Assembly (NCBI GenBank): GCA_965224705.1
Contig: OZ245056.1
Coordinates: 1,344,001 to 1,408,000, forward strand
Source of the DNA: Spirochaetaceae bacterium
Lineage (GTDB): Bacteria > Spirochaetota > Spirochaetia > DSM-2461
Length of the DNA stretch: 64,000 nt
Direction: 5' to 3'
In this document: piece after piece, positions 10,105 through 21,397 of the stretch
Numbering within the stretch: position 1 is the first letter of the stretch
How the letters are laid out: every line of letters starts with the position of its first letter
The notes under the pieces: generated by a model
Seen by the model: only the letters and a program-made list of their open reading frames with translations
What the model was told of the DNA's origin: nothing
Database searches by the model: none
Program-made: the position numbers and the translations under genes

Positions 10105-11313
10105 TCATTCTCCGTCAGTATATGCATTCAGAATTCTGATCCCCTCGGCAGCCTTCATCTCTCCAGATAAAACCAATCGCCCAATTCGGGAGTATGCTTT
10201 CAGGTATCGCAGTAAACGGGGCTTGATGGGTATGGATGCGGACTTACTGCTGGTAATCAAGCGGCTGAAGCGAAGAGCATCATTGAGAGCAAGATTTGAA
10301 ATCTGAGCATCGTTGGGTAGAAGACCTCTGGGGATGGCGACATAGTGACTTCTCAATACTTTTACGGAGTTGCCTGGAGCGGGTAGCGATGTGTATGAAC
10401 GGTTATTCTTCAATGCCGTGCCGCCGGACCATGGCGTAACAACTGCGGCCGCAACCTCACCCGAGCTAAGAGATTTCATTGGAGTTGTGGTATCAACAAC
10501 GCTGTCTGCATAGGTGATTGTAATTTTCAGTATATCGGAAATGACATCCGGAATCTGGTGCCCCGGCTCGAATAAATCAGGATTTTCTGCAAGAAGCCAG
10601 TGCAAGCTGGTTATGGCATCCCGAAGATTCAGTGAAAGCGGATAGGGGTATTCCCCTTCAGGAAAACTATCCGATGCTGTCGTTAACCACTGCGACGATG
10701 CATCAATTATACGGCTGTAGGATGCAAGATCCGGTAGAAGGTCAATAAGATCCACATCATCCAGAAGAACCAGATGGGGCAGGGAGTCCTGGGGAATGTT
10801 ATGAAGAAGATAGGGCAACCGTTGAAACTCATGCCACTCAATTTCCAGATGACGAAATGCCAGGGCGGATTTGAGATCTCCAGTATATTCTTCATCATGC
10901 ACGGATGACCAGATCCGCAGCGGGGGGACATCAAGAATGGTTCCATGAACAGAAATCCGCTCGGGGGAAGTAAAAACATCCGGCCCCACGTTCACTTCCC
11001 AGCGATCCAGGTTCCATACCAGTTTTATACTGTTCCAGTCTTCTTTTTTTAACCGGTCAGATTCCCATCGCTGTAAACCTGTATCAGACGCTGCCACCAT
11101 GTAGGCAATCTCAGTCATCCAGGGAAAGAGCGTCTCCAGTTTGATTGCAGGCAAACCATTGCTGTCCGAATCTGGAACAGTCCGGGAGATGAGCATCTCA
11201 GAGTTCAATACTGCAATTTGCTGTTGGTTCAGGGTTAATTCAATGGCTGAAAGAGAATATGTGAGTAAACAGGTCAATGCGAAGATAAGCGCATGAAATC
11301 GGCGAGGGAGCAT
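10105..11313 (-). CDS. Hypothetical exported protein
   Basis: 402-aa ORF with an N-terminal signal peptide, co-oriented downstream of hrpA. Confidence 0.6.
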   Translation of the reverse strand: MLPRRFHALIFALTCLLTYSLSAIELTLNQQQIAVLNSEMLISRTVPDSDSNGLPAIKLETLFPWMTEIAYMVAASDTGLQRWESDRLKKEDWNSIKLVWNLDRWEVNVGPDVFTSPERISVHGTILDVPPLRIWSSVHDEEYTGDLKSALAFRHLEIEWHEFQRLPYLLHNIPQDSLPHLVLLDDVDLIDLLPDLASYSRIIDASSQWLTTASDSFPEGEYPYPLSLNLRDAITSLHWLLAENPDLFEPGHQIPDVISDILKITITYADSVVDTTTPMKSLSSGEVAAAVVTPWSGGTALKNNRSYTSLPAPGNSVKVLRSHYVAIPRGLLPNDAQISNLALNDALRFSRLITSSKSASIPIKPRLLRYLKAYSRIGRLVLSGEMKAAEGIRILNAYTDGE

Positions 11314-11350
11314 GGTTGATTATCGGCTGATCGCCATGTCCGGCCCAGTG

Positions 11351-13864
11351 CTAATGCATCATATTTTCCACACGCCGATACATGCGGCTGAGAATTCGGG
11401 TTGTTTCGGCATCGGAATCTTTCCCTGAAAAGTCTGCCAGGGATTCCAGGCTCGCAAGACTCACAGCAACAGCTCCATTGAAGTTTCGAATAGCCTTGAA
11501 CCAGTAGTGGCCCGCCCCGTCTGAGTACAGGGTAACAAATCCCATGGCCTTTTTCTTTTTGTGTTTGTTCCCTTTGACGACCATAAGAAGATTTTCCAGT
11601 TCAGCTACGAGATTCTCCCTGTGATCTTTCTTGTGAATATGATAATTGCCTCCGGGAACATGATACCGAACATCCTTTTTAGGGTTTAATGACCTGGCAA
11701 TTCTGATGATTGTGTTGATTTTGGAATCCGGCAGGATTTCATCTTTCTCAAGGAAGAGGGTGCCTCTCATGGAACCGAAATCCGGTAGAGCTTCATTGTT
11801 GTCAGCAAGCATTTCATGGAGTTTTTTCCATTCAAGGTTTACCCGCCTCTTTCCGCCCCGGCCCGGAGTACGTGTAACAGCGAAGGGTTCACCGAAAATC
11901 CAGATATGATCCATGGTATCCTTCTGCTTTTCAATTCGTTCCTTACCCTTAAAAGCCCTGTTACTGTCGAGAAGCATTTCGGGCAGTCTGGGATGAATCG
12001 CTGATAGCCAGGATTTCTGTATGGGTGAAACTGACCGGGCATAAGTTTGACTTGTCTGGACAATTTCTCCGGCAACGATGAATTCGGGATTCTCCCGGAA
12101 AAGGACAGAGCCAGGATGTATGACGATGCGGTCTGCGGCAACACTTCGGTAGGTAAATCGACCGTCCTTTACACAGACAAAGGGAATCAATCCCCGTGCA
12201 CAGGCTTTGATGAAATCTTCGGTTGATCCTCCTTCTGAAACAGGGGTGCCCGTTTTTCCGGTTATCTCTTCAAGCTGCTGAACAATTGCCAGAATTTCAT
12301 CAAGAATCTTTTTGTCCAGATAATACCGTTTTGCAAACTCTACTTTGTTCTTCGCCTCTTTATAATCCCAATACAGATTGAGATAGCTGGCAAAATCACC
12401 AAAAAATTCGGATCGGAAAGTATGATGTGCTTTTCGTGCCTCCAATTCTTCTCCCTGAGGTAAAAGGTAGGGGGCATTGGTGGAAAGAAATGCGGCAGCG
12501 ATAATGGTTTCCCTGAGGACATCCGGGTATCGGGATATTGATTCCACTATCATTCGGGCATGTCGAGGCATCAGGGGATAGAGCACCATGTTCTTTCCCA
12601 CATTGGTAAGATTATTCTCCTGGTCAACAGCATCCAGAAGCCGGAGTGTTTCAACAGCACCATGAATACCTTTTGCAGAGGGCTTGCTGATGAAGGGAAA
12701 GGACTCAAAATCATGAATTCCGATTTCAGCCATTCTCAAAACCACTTCGGCAAGGTCGGTACGGTATATCTCTTCAGGAGTGAATTCCGGTCGTTCGAGA
12801 TAATTCTTCTCTGAGTAGAGGCGATAACAAACCCCCGGTCCGGTCCGTCCAGCTCTGCCTTTCCGCTGATCTGCTGATGCCTGGGAAATCTCTGCTTCCA
12901 CCAGGGCACTGGTAAAGGTTCGGGGATTGTAAAAATTAAGCTTGGCCAGTCCAGTATCCAGAACAGCACTTATACCATCAATTGTAATGCTGGTTTCAGC
13001 GACATTGGTGGCCACAACAACTTTTTTTAAACCATTGGGTGCCGGATCAAAAACTTTTTCCTGCTCCTCACTGCCCAGGCGTCCGTAAAGAGGCATTATG
13101 TAGAGTTTTCGGCAAACCTTACATCCCGAGAGGCTTATTACCGTTTCCTTGATGAGTTTTTCACCCGTACAGAAGACCAAAATGTCACCGTCCTCCAGTT
13201 TACCGGATGACATCTTTTGTACAATTGTTTCCACAGTGGATGTGATTGTATTCAGGAGTATATCATCCTTACCCGTCAGGGGCAGGGGCGCATAGTTGAT
13301 CCTCACGGGATACACCGGTGTATCAATGGAAACGATTGGGCAGTTATCAAAATACCGGCTGAAAACTTCGGGATTCAATGTTGCAGATGAAATTATAACT
13401 TTCAGATCCGTTCTCAAAGGCAGTATTTCTTTCAACAGTCCAAGAATGAAATCGATGTTCAATGTCCGTTCATGGGCCTCATCGAGCATTAATACATCGT
13501 AGTAGGAGAGCAGAGGATCACCTTTCATCTCCTGGAGGAGGGTTCCATCGGTAAGAATCTTCACACGGGTTTCCCGGCTTGTGATGTCTTCAAACCTCAT
13601 CTTGTAGCCGACATAATCCCCTACAACAGCATCCAACTGCTTTGCGATGTAGCGGCTCACGCCAACAGCAGCGATACGTCTCGGTTGAGTTACACCAATA
13701 ATACCTTTGTCCGCATACCCAGCTTCATGCAGTATAATGGGCAGCTGAGTTGTTTTCCCCGAACCAGCAGGACTTTCAACGACGATAACTTGATTTTCCT
13801 TCAAAGATTCAAGAATACGATTTCTCTGGGTGTAGACCGGGAGGTCATGGGGATTCAATGGCAT
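11351..13864 (-). CDS. hrpA: ATP-dependent RNA helicase, DEAH-box HrpA type
   Basis: AGSGKTTQLP, TQPRRIAA, DEAHER, SAT, ATNVAETSITI, QRKGRAGR. Confidence 0.9.
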   Translation of the reverse strand: MPLNPHDLPVYTQRNRILESLKENQVIVVESPAGSGKTTQLPIILHEAGYADKGIIGVTQPRRIAAVGVSRYIAKQLDAVVGDYVGYKMRFEDITSRETRVKILTDGTLLQEMKGDPLLSYYDVLMLDEAHERTLNIDFILGLLKEILPLRTDLKVIISSATLNPEVFSRYFDNCPIVSIDTPVYPVRINYAPLPLTGKDDILLNTITSTVETIVQKMSSGKLEDGDILVFCTGEKLIKETVISLSGCKVCRKLYIMPLYGRLGSEEQEKVFDPAPNGLKKVVVATNVAETSITIDGISAVLDTGLAKLNFYNPRTFTSALVEAEISQASADQRKGRAGRTGPGVCYRLYSEKNYLERPEFTPEEIYRTDLAEVVLRMAEIGIHDFESFPFISKPSAKGIHGAVETLRLLDAVDQENNLTNVGKNMVLYPLMPRHARMIVESISRYPDVLRETIIAAAFLSTNAPYLLPQGEELEARKAHHTFRSEFFGDFASYLNLYWDYKEAKNKVEFAKRYYLDKKILDEILAIVQQLEEITGKTGTPVSEGGSTEDFIKACARGLIPFVCVKDGRFTYRSVAADRIVIHPGSVLFRENPEFIVAGEIVQTSQTYARSVSPIQKSWLSAIHPRLPEMLLDSNRAFKGKERIEKQKDTMDHIWIFGEPFAVTRTPGRGGKRRVNLEWKKLHEMLADNNEALPDFGSMRGTLFLEKDEILPDSKINTIIRIARSLNPKKDVRYHVPGGNYHIHKKDHRENLVAELENLLMVVKGNKHKKKKAMGFVTLYSDGAGHYWFKAIRNFNGAVAVSLASLESLADFSGKDSDAETTRILSRMYRRVENMMH

Positions 13865-13921
13865 ATAGTTTCATGATACGCCATTAAGGGTTCTGTGGCA
13901 ATCATGAGCAGTCATGTACAG

Positions 13922-14140
13922 GTGTTCGAAAGCTTGTTAGATGGAGCAATCGCTTTCATTATCGAATTAATATCTGACAAAGTAACCAATTACAGCACAT
14001 CTTCCCGGTAGAGATCTTCATCGGTTCAGAGAGCGATTCGCCGAATCACAACGATGGGTCGGTATAAGTTATCATATCAGGCAAAGATTCTCACCTGGCG
14101 GGGTTTGAATGAAATCAGGTTCCAACAAGCTTTCGAACAC
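13922..14140. mobile_element. Miniature inverted-repeat element, family B (219 bp, variant arms)
   Basis: GTGTTCGAAAGCTTGTT ... AACAAGCTTTCGAACAC is a perfect 17-bp IR; the interior aligns by eye to the reverse complement of 55470-55689. Confidence 0.75.
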
Positions 14141-14158
14141 CGTGGATTTTTTACAGAT

Positions 14159-15547
14159 TCAGTGCCTTTGATCTGTTCTCAACCTGCAACAGGCCTTAAA
14201 TGCATCACCTCTCCTGAACTCATGCTGAAACATGTCAAAACTTGCAGCACCAGGAGATAGAAGCACAGCATCTCCATTCTCAGTAAGAGACAGTGCTTCA
14301 TCAACAGCAGAATCCATGCTGTCGAATGGACCATCGACTGAAGCCCCCAGTTTCTTTAATCTTGGCATCCATTTATCAGTCGCGCTTCCAGAGAGCATAA
14401 GAATTTTTTTCGGCTTACACGCAACGTCATCGAAGGGTGAAAAATCCAATGCTTTGTCTGTACCCCCGGCGATTAGAATGACCGGGCATGACAGGGCATT
14501 GAGACCCGCAGCGGCTGCGTCTGGAATTGTGGCAGTGGTATCATCGTAGAAACTCACTCCATCAGCTTCCAAAAATTTCTCCATTCGGTAGGGCACTCCC
14601 TGAAATCCTGCCAGAGCTGTCCGTATCAATCCAGCTTCACAGCCCCATAAACGGGCCATTACACCGGCAAAAAGCATGTTTTGTTTAAATGCCTGCCCTG
14701 GAACCTGCAGTCTGGATGGCAACAATTCCTCCACCTCATTGTCCATACGCAGATATCCATTCCCCCTATTATCCAGCCAGGCAAAAGATTTTCTTTCCGT
14801 GTTTACCTCCTGATCAAGGCCAATCAATATGGATCTCCCCCCGGAAGATTCTGCCCATTTTCGCCCATATTCATCATCAGGGAACACAGTCCAGTCTTCA
14901 AAACCTGAATTCTTGAAAATCTCAGTTTTATCTCTTTCATAGTGAGAAAAAGAAGAGTAACGATTTTGATGATCTCGCATAAGATTTGTTATACAGGCAA
15001 TCTTTGGCCGCAATAAAGTATGGGAGTGTAAATCTCCCAGCTGCCAGGATGAGAGTTCCAGCACCACAGGTTCATTGCCGGTCAATTCATGGACAAATGA
15101 GAGAGGATTCACTGCTATATTGCCGCCGATGCGAGTATCAGGGTTGTGTCGTACAAGGATGCTGTGGAGGGCTGAAACAACTGTAGACTTGCCCTTGCTT
15201 CCTGTAACAGCGATTACAGGTGAATGCGAAACTTTTAGAAACAGTGAGATATCCGTTTCCAGATTCTCACGGCCAGAGAGGAGGGGAGAGTTCCATGGAA
15301 TCGCCGGATTTTTAACAATGATATCCGCCTCATCAAAGTCTTCCGCATTGTGCCGTCCTAAAACAAATCGGATACCAAGCCCGGAGAGCTTGTCCACGGA
15401 TTTTTGAAGAACTTCCCTGCTTTGAAGGTCGGTGCATACAACTCTGGCACCATGTCCGGCCAGGTAACGGGCTGTTTCCACGCCGCCTCCATGAAGGCCT
15501 AAACCCATAACGAGAAATTTTTTATTCCTGATTTCCATATCTGTCAT
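14159..15547 (-). CDS. murD: UDP-MurNAc-L-Ala--D-glutamate ligase (start 15547 or 15538)
   Basis: VMGLGLHGGG, AVTGSKGKSTV, GGNI, LELSSWQL, DHQNRY, LIAGGTDK, LLSPGAASFDMF. Confidence 0.92.
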   Translation of the reverse strand: MTDMEIRNKKFLVMGLGLHGGGVETARYLAGHGARVVCTDLQSREVLQKSVDKLSGLGIRFVLGRHNAEDFDEADIIVKNPAIPWNSPLLSGRENLETDISLFLKVSHSPVIAVTGSKGKSTVVSALHSILVRHNPDTRIGGNIAVNPLSFVHELTGNEPVVLELSSWQLGDLHSHTLLRPKIACITNLMRDHQNRYSSFSHYERDKTEIFKNSGFEDWTVFPDDEYGRKWAESSGGRSILIGLDQEVNTERKSFAWLDNRGNGYLRMDNEVEELLPSRLQVPGQAFKQNMLFAGVMARLWGCEAGLIRTALAGFQGVPYRMEKFLEADGVSFYDDTTATIPDAAAAGLNALSCPVILIAGGTDKALDFSPFDDVACKPKKILMLSGSATDKWMPRLKKLGASVDGPFDSMDSAVDEALSLTENGDAVLLSPGAASFDMFQHEFRRGDAFKACCRLRTDQRH

Positions 15548-15628
15548 TTTGCATGATTTCTTAATTTTAGCTGCAAGTATCATCTTCTCTCCATTACATC
15601 TTTTTCTCAATACGATATACTCTGTTTC

Positions 15629-16477
15629 ATGAATAGTTTTACCCTCTGGTGGCAGCATCTTCCTGAAAAGATGAATCCGGTGTTCCTGAGAATTGGCAGT
15701 TTCGCCATTCATTACTATGGTTTGATGTATGTTGTTGCATTTCTTACAGTATACCTTTTGTGCCGTTACAGGCTGAAAAAAGAATCTCTTCAGTCAACTC
15801 TGAGTCTCGACGCTCTTCAAGGCACTGTCTCGGCGAGCATATTGGGTCTTGTAATTGGAGCTCGGCTTGGATATGTTGTCTTTTATAATTTCAGCTACTA
15901 TATACAGCATCCATTGGAAATCATCCTGCCCTTTGACATAGCCAGCAACTGGAAGTTTACAGGTATCGCTGGTATGTCCTTCCATGGAGGCTTAATCGGC
16001 TTACTTCTTGCTTCGCTGCTTTACATAAAGAAACGAAAATTGGATTTTGATCAAGTAGCCGATATCGTCGTTCCCTGTGCTCCATTGGGATATACTTTCG
16101 GACGCCTTGGGAATTTCATTAACAGTGAATTATGGGGACGAACAACAGAGAAATCAATCGGCATGTATTTCCCCGGTGCTCCGGGCGAAGAACTCCGGCA
16201 TCCTTCTCAATTATACGAGGCCTTCTTTGAAGGAATCGTACTTTTCGGAATTCTGTGGTTCCTTCGCAACAGGATGAAATTTCCAGGTACAATGCTGGCA
16301 TTTTATCTAATCGGGTACGGATTATTCCGATTCCTCATTGAGTTTGTCCGTGAGCCGGATGCTCATCTTGGATTCATTTTCTTTCAACTGTCGATGGGAC
16401 AGATCCTCTGTCTTGGCATGATGCTTGTTGGAGGAGTTCTCTTCTGGAAAAAGTATCGGAGATTCAGGTTGTCATGA
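15629..16477 (+). CDS. lgt: Prolipoprotein diacylglyceryl transferase
   Basis: YYGLMY, GARLGYV, GMSFHGG, GRLGNFINSELWGR, RHPSQLYEA, EFVREPD. Confidence 0.95.
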   Translation: MNSFTLWWQHLPEKMNPVFLRIGSFAIHYYGLMYVVAFLTVYLLCRYRLKKESLQSTLSLDALQGTVSASILGLVIGARLGYVVFYNFSYYIQHPLEIILPFDIASNWKFTGIAGMSFHGGLIGLLLASLLYIKKRKLDFDQVADIVVPCAPLGYTFGRLGNFINSELWGRTTEKSIGMYFPGAPGEELRHPSQLYEAFFEGIVLFGILWFLRNRMKFPGTMLAFYLIGYGLFRFLIEFVREPDAHLGFIFFQLSMGQILCLGMMLVGGVLFWKKYRRFRLS

Positions 16478-16923
16478 ATCTCAAGAAGCACATAACTCTG
16501 GATACAGTACGGGTCAATTTACCTGGAAACACCAAGCAGGAAGTCATTGAAGAATTGGTGGATATCATCGTTGCAAGTGGACAGAATATGGACAGGGAGG
16601 TGATATTGAAGGCGATTCTTGACCGTGAGAGTCAAATGTCAACCGGTATGAAAAATGGCATTGCCATTCCCCATGGAAAGACAAACACTGTTTCAGAACT
16701 TCATGCTGCTGTTGCTGTAAGCCGTAATCCCGTGGAATTCGATACATTGGACAAGCAGCCTGCCAGAATTCTACTGATGACAGTTTCCCCTGAGTCACAA
16801 ACAGGGCCCCATCTTGAATTCCTTGCGGAAATCAGCCGCATACTTTCCCAGGAAGACATTCGTCAGAGCATGCTCGCAGCTGAGACAGAAACCGAGCTTC
16901 TGGAAATCATACGGAAAGGATGA
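16474..16923 (+). CDS. PTS IIA (Ntr/fructose-type) domain protein
   Basis: DRESQMSTGMKNGIAIPHGK motif with phosphorylatable His. Confidence 0.88.
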   Translation: MNLKKHITLDTVRVNLPGNTKQEVIEELVDIIVASGQNMDREVILKAILDRESQMSTGMKNGIAIPHGKTNTVSELHAAVAVSRNPVEFDTLDKQPARILLMTVSPESQTGPHLEFLAEISRILSQEDIRQSMLAAETETELLEIIRKG

Positions 16924-16928
16924 ACTAA

Positions 16929-18590
16929 TTGCATAATGATGTTTCCTTGATTCACTTAATGACCAGACTGGTTTTACAGCTTTCGGTCATCATTATTTTC
17001 GTCAAGGTCTTTGGCTACATTGCTACACGGTATTTGAAGCAGTCTTCTGTTCTTGGGGAATTGGTTGCAGGTATGGTGATCGGTCCTTATGCCCTTGGGG
17101 GCATACCTCTGCCCTTTCTGGGAGGAGAGCCGTTTTTCATTATTCCCAATGGAGCCGATATACCGGTGACACCAGAGCTGTATGGGTTTGCTGTTGTGGC
17201 CTCCATAGTCCTTCTTTTTCTTTCCGGTTTGGAAACGGATTTGAAAACATTCCTTCGCTTTGCAGGAACAGGAGCATTGGCAGGGCTGGGCGGCGTCATC
17301 ACGACATTTTTCCTCGGTGCAGGCTCCGCTGTTGTATTTCTGCCTGGTGTAAGTCACATTATGAATCCTACGGCTTTATTTATGGGTATTATCGCAACGG
17401 CCACAAGCGTGGGCATCACGGCCCGTATTCTGTCTGAACGCCGCCAATTATCCAGCCCCGAAGGGGTTACGATTCTATCGGCCGCTGTACTGGATGATGT
17501 CATAGGCATAGTGCTGCTGGCCGTAGTTGCAGGTTTAGTCCGCAGCAGTGGTGATTCTTCAGGTGGAGTTGATTGGGGCCTCGTGGGCCGGATTACCCTC
17601 AAGGCTCTTGGATTCTGGCTGGGCAGTACAGTTATCGGCATTATATTTGCCCCCCGTCTTACAAAGAGTTTAAAGATTCTCAAGGACATGGAATTTCTTG
17701 CTATGGTTTCTTTTGGACTTGCGTTATTGCTGGCAGGATTGTCCGAGATGGCCGGATTGGCCATGATTATTGGTGCTTATGTGATGGGTCTTGCTCTCTC
17801 AAGCACAGATGTTGCGGAAGATATTCGTCATCGCCTTGAAGGTATCTACAGCTTCTTTGTTCCAATTTTCTTCTGTGTCATGGGAATGCTGGTTGATTTT
17901 TCTACCATGCCCAGAGTTGTCGTTTACGGAATTGTTTACACCGCTCTTGGCATTGTGGGGAAAATTGTAGGCTCTGGCGGACTTTCCCTCTTCGGCGGCT
18001 TCAATTTTCGGGGTGCTTTTCGCATTGGAGCAGGAATGCTGCCGCGGGGTGAAGTTACCTTGATTATGGCAGGACTTGGACTATCCATCGGTGTGTTGGA
18101 TCCGGGCCTTTTTGGCGTTGCGGTGATGTCCATGTTTCTGTCGAGTCTGGTCGCTCCTCCGACATTGCTCAAAGCATTCCAGGGAGGAAGCGGCTTCAAG
18201 GGTTCATTGGCTGAAGAGAAGAAGAAAGAACTTCAGACAATTTCATTTGAATTGCCAAGCCGATCATTGGCTGATTTCGTGCTGCAGCGTCTGCTGGAAG
18301 CTTTTCGACAGGCAGAGTTTTTCCCCCGCCGGGTTGATCAGCGCAAACCCGTTTATGCCCTTCTCAAGGATGCCGCCCAATTCACTCTGCTCCGCGAAGA
18401 CTGTGTCATTATCGTCAATGTTTCGCCAGATCAGGAATCCTTTGTCCGATTGCTCCTTACCGAGGAAATTCTTACTCTCAAGGAACTTTTCCGAAGCGTG
18501 GAAAAGGTTGCCGATACCGATTCCATGGAACGTGATATTATTGGAGGTCTTTTTGGAACACAGAACTCAACCGGTGAGGAAGATACCTGA
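16929..18590 (+). CDS. Cation:proton antiporter (CPA2/NapA-like)
   Basis: VLGELVAG, LLFLSGLETD, ATSVGITARIL, AAVLDDVIG, GMLPRGEV. Confidence 0.88.
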   Translation: MHNDVSLIHLMTRLVLQLSVIIIFVKVFGYIATRYLKQSSVLGELVAGMVIGPYALGGIPLPFLGGEPFFIIPNGADIPVTPELYGFAVVASIVLLFLSGLETDLKTFLRFAGTGALAGLGGVITTFFLGAGSAVVFLPGVSHIMNPTALFMGIIATATSVGITARILSERRQLSSPEGVTILSAAVLDDVIGIVLLAVVAGLVRSSGDSSGGVDWGLVGRITLKALGFWLGSTVIGIIFAPRLTKSLKILKDMEFLAMVSFGLALLLAGLSEMAGLAMIIGAYVMGLALSSTDVAEDIRHRLEGIYSFFVPIFFCVMGMLVDFSTMPRVVVYGIVYTALGIVGKIVGSGGLSLFGGFNFRGAFRIGAGMLPRGEVTLIMAGLGLSIGVLDPGLFGVAVMSMFLSSLVAPPTLLKAFQGGSGFKGSLAEEKKKELQTISFELPSRSLADFVLQRLLEAFRQAEFFPRRVDQRKPVYALLKDAAQFTLLREDCVIIVNVSPDQESFVRLLLTEEILTLKELFRSVEKVADTDSMERDIIGGLFGTQNSTGEEDT

Positions 18591-19857
18591 TTTTTGGAAC
18601 TATGAAACAGTTCTGAGAGAATCTTCCGAGAATCTTCTCAATCGATTTCTCCGCTATGCCCGCATACATACGACGAGTAATGAAGAAGCGGCAATGAAAA
18701 GAACTCCTTCAACCGACTGTCAATGGGATTTGATTCATCTCCTGGAGAAGGAACTCAGGGAACTGGGAATTGAAGATGTCAAAGTGGATGAACACGGCTA
18801 TGTCATTGCCAGGGTCCCGCATAACCTGACCGGTAATGACCAGGCAAAAACTATAGGATTAATGGCTCATGTGGATACCAATGCGGATGCCCCTGGCGAC
18901 AACATCACTCCTGTTGTTCATTCTCCCTACGATGGTGGTATCATAAAACTCAAGGATGGCATAATCCTGGATCCTGAAGAGTTTCCCCTCCTATCAAAGT
19001 ATAAGGGAGACACTCTCATTACCTCCGATGGTACAACACTTCTTGGAGCGGATGACAAGGCTGGTATCGCCGAGATAATGACAGCGGTCGAGCTGCTTCA
19101 ATCACACCCTGAAATTCCGCATGGTGATCTTGAGATAGTATTCACACCCGATGAAGAAACCGGGACCGGTATGAATCTCTTCCCAGTTAAGAGCCTGAAA
19201 TCCCGGTATTGCTTCACATTGGATGGTGGGGAAGAAGGGGAATTGGAAACCGAGTGTTACTATGCCAGCAGGGCTGATATCATTTTTAGCGGCAGAGCTA
19301 TCCATCCTGGCACAGCACGTGGAAAACTCGTCAATGCGCTCACAATGGCAGGAGAGTACATCGCCATGCTTCCCAGAAATGAGAGTCCGGAGGCGACTGA
19401 TGGACGGTATGGAAACTACTGGCCGCATGCGCTCAAAGGCGGGCTTGAGCAGGCAGAATTGATTGTATTGATCCGCAGTTTTGAGAAGGATGACAGAAGA
19501 AGACGCAAAGAGGCATTGAACGCCTTCGCACAGGCTGTAGAAGCTGCTTTTCCCGGAGGGAAAGTGAGTGTAAAATTTACGGATCAGTATGAGAATATGA
19601 GGGAAGAAATTGAAAAACACCCTCAATTGATCCAATGCCTTGAGATGGCTTATATCCGGGCAGGAATCAAACCTGTTGAAAAACCAATTCGTGGTGGAAC
19701 GGATGGTTCAAAACTGACGGAAATGGGCATCCCCACACCCAATATCTTTGCCGGAGGGCAGAATTTTCATAGCCGATACGAATGGGTTGCCCTGCCAGCG
19801 ATGGTGCGTGCTGTTACGGTGATTTTGAATCTTGCCGTTATCTGGTCAGAATCATAA
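18574..19857 (+). CDS. pepT: Peptidase T (probable GTG start 18574)
   Basis: AHVDT, TSDGTTLLGADDKAGIAEI, FTPDEE, PIRGGTDG, PNIFAGGQNFHS. Confidence 0.93.
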   Translation: MRKIPDFWNYETVLRESSENLLNRFLRYARIHTTSNEEAAMKRTPSTDCQWDLIHLLEKELRELGIEDVKVDEHGYVIARVPHNLTGNDQAKTIGLMAHVDTNADAPGDNITPVVHSPYDGGIIKLKDGIILDPEEFPLLSKYKGDTLITSDGTTLLGADDKAGIAEIMTAVELLQSHPEIPHGDLEIVFTPDEETGTGMNLFPVKSLKSRYCFTLDGGEEGELETECYYASRADIIFSGRAIHPGTARGKLVNALTMAGEYIAMLPRNESPEATDGRYGNYWPHALKGGLEQAELIVLIRSFEKDDRRRRKEALNAFAQAVEAAFPGGKVSVKFTDQYENMREEIEKHPQLIQCLEMAYIRAGIKPVEKPIRGGTDGSKLTEMGIPTPNIFAGGQNFHSRYEWVALPAMVRAVTVILNLAVIWSES

Positions 19858-19951
19858 AAAAGTTGAAAATATGGCCGACAAATACTCTTAAGTATGATAT
19901 AAAAGTATGTCCTTTCAAGACATCTATCCTCACAGGAGTCCGCGCGCAGGA

Positions 19952-21397
19952 ATGAAGATAAACCTTCCAGCACTTATAGCCGCTTCAGTTATTCTAATTG
20001 CTTCATGTGCTGGCGGACCTGAAATCACAGAGGCTCCGCCTGAGTGGGTTTACAATCAAATAACGGACTCTTCAGCTCACTATATGTTTCGTGGAATCGG
20101 TAAAGCCGACGAACTCTCGCTTGCCATAAATGAAGCAGTAATAGAAATAACAGGTTCAGCCCTGGTGAAGATGACCTTTGATGATCCCTCCCGCTGGAAA
20201 ATGGGGGCACGTTATGTCATTGAATCATTTCAGGATGATTTGAGATCCGCTTTGAAACAACCGGGCTACTATACGATGTCTGGCCTGGAAATTCTCCGTG
20301 AAGCGGCCTGGGTTGAAGATGGTGAAATCATTTATGTCATAGATACTTCATGGGAGAAGCAGGCATTTTCGAAGAAAGCTGATAGGTTGACTGTTTTTAC
20401 AGGAATTGCAGAACCTGAGGAGGGAGTTTTTCCTTCAAGAGCTCAGTTAGCTGAGATGGATGGGAATGTCTATGAAGCCGCACTTATCTGGGCAACGACT
20501 GCCGGTTCCCTGGATTCTGACAGTTATGAGCAGGGAGTGCAGGAGTCCATGTCAGAGATAATTCGGTTATTAAGTCAATTAAGCTACAAGCTCCTCTCTG
20601 CGCCTGATGATATCTCCGCTGGTAATGAATCAGAGATACCGTTTTCTATTGGTGTTCTTCATGATGGCAGAGCTGTAAAAAATGCAGAATTCGTGATTTC
20701 CTACCCGATTAACCTTCAAAATGGTTCACTGAGCCGTGGTTCAACACGGTTGTCGACCGATTCTCAGGGACGGATAGTTTTTCTCCCCCCTGCCGTTTTT
20801 GCAGCAGGAACTCAGCGAATATCCCTGGCACCAAGCGCAGATCCATTCATTAAACACTTCAATGCTGCATCGAATAATGATATCACAACCTTTGTTCGCA
20901 TTGTTGAGAATTCTCGAATAGATATAGAATATGAATCCGTGACTCAGGATAAAACAATTCCCATTGGAGTTTTTATTCTTGAAACAGATCTTGCCGGGAA
21001 TCCATTGAAATCAAGTTCTGTTGCCGGTGGTGTTCTGGACAATCTTCAGGCGAATGCGTTCAATGCCGCTCTGATACCACTGGATTCTCGAGAATTACTC
21101 TCCCGGAATGAAAGGGAATTACTGAGAGACCTTAAAGCTGATAAGCAGATTCCTGGTCAATTTCCAAGAGTGATTCACGGCATTATTTCCCTTGAAAACT
21201 TTGAGCAGGAAGGCGAATTTTACATCGTTAAAGTTGGGGGGACACTCTATTACTCTGATATACAAAGCCAGGTTACTGTTCATCAATCCCGGATTTCCAA
21301 AACCAGCAGGGTTGGAGACAGTCAACAGGCAATGAATGCGGCTTTTCGCCAACTGGGGAGAACTTTTGCTGCTGAAATCATTAACCAAAGAAAATGA
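19952..21397 (+). CDS. Putative lipoprotein
   Basis: ATG after GCAGGA; lipobox LIASC; APPEWV motif near the N-terminus. Confidence 0.7.
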   Translation: MKINLPALIAASVILIASCAGGPEITEAPPEWVYNQITDSSAHYMFRGIGKADELSLAINEAVIEITGSALVKMTFDDPSRWKMGARYVIESFQDDLRSALKQPGYYTMSGLEILREAAWVEDGEIIYVIDTSWEKQAFSKKADRLTVFTGIAEPEEGVFPSRAQLAEMDGNVYEAALIWATTAGSLDSDSYEQGVQESMSEIIRLLSQLSYKLLSAPDDISAGNESEIPFSIGVLHDGRAVKNAEFVISYPINLQNGSLSRGSTRLSTDSQGRIVFLPPAVFAAGTQRISLAPSADPFIKHFNAASNNDITTFVRIVENSRIDIEYESVTQDKTIPIGVFILETDLAGNPLKSSSVAGGVLDNLQANAFNAALIPLDSRELLSRNERELLRDLKADKQIPGQFPRVIHGIISLENFEQEGEFYIVKVGGTLYYSDIQSQVTVHQSRISKTSRVGDSQQAMNAAFRQLGRTFAAEIINQRK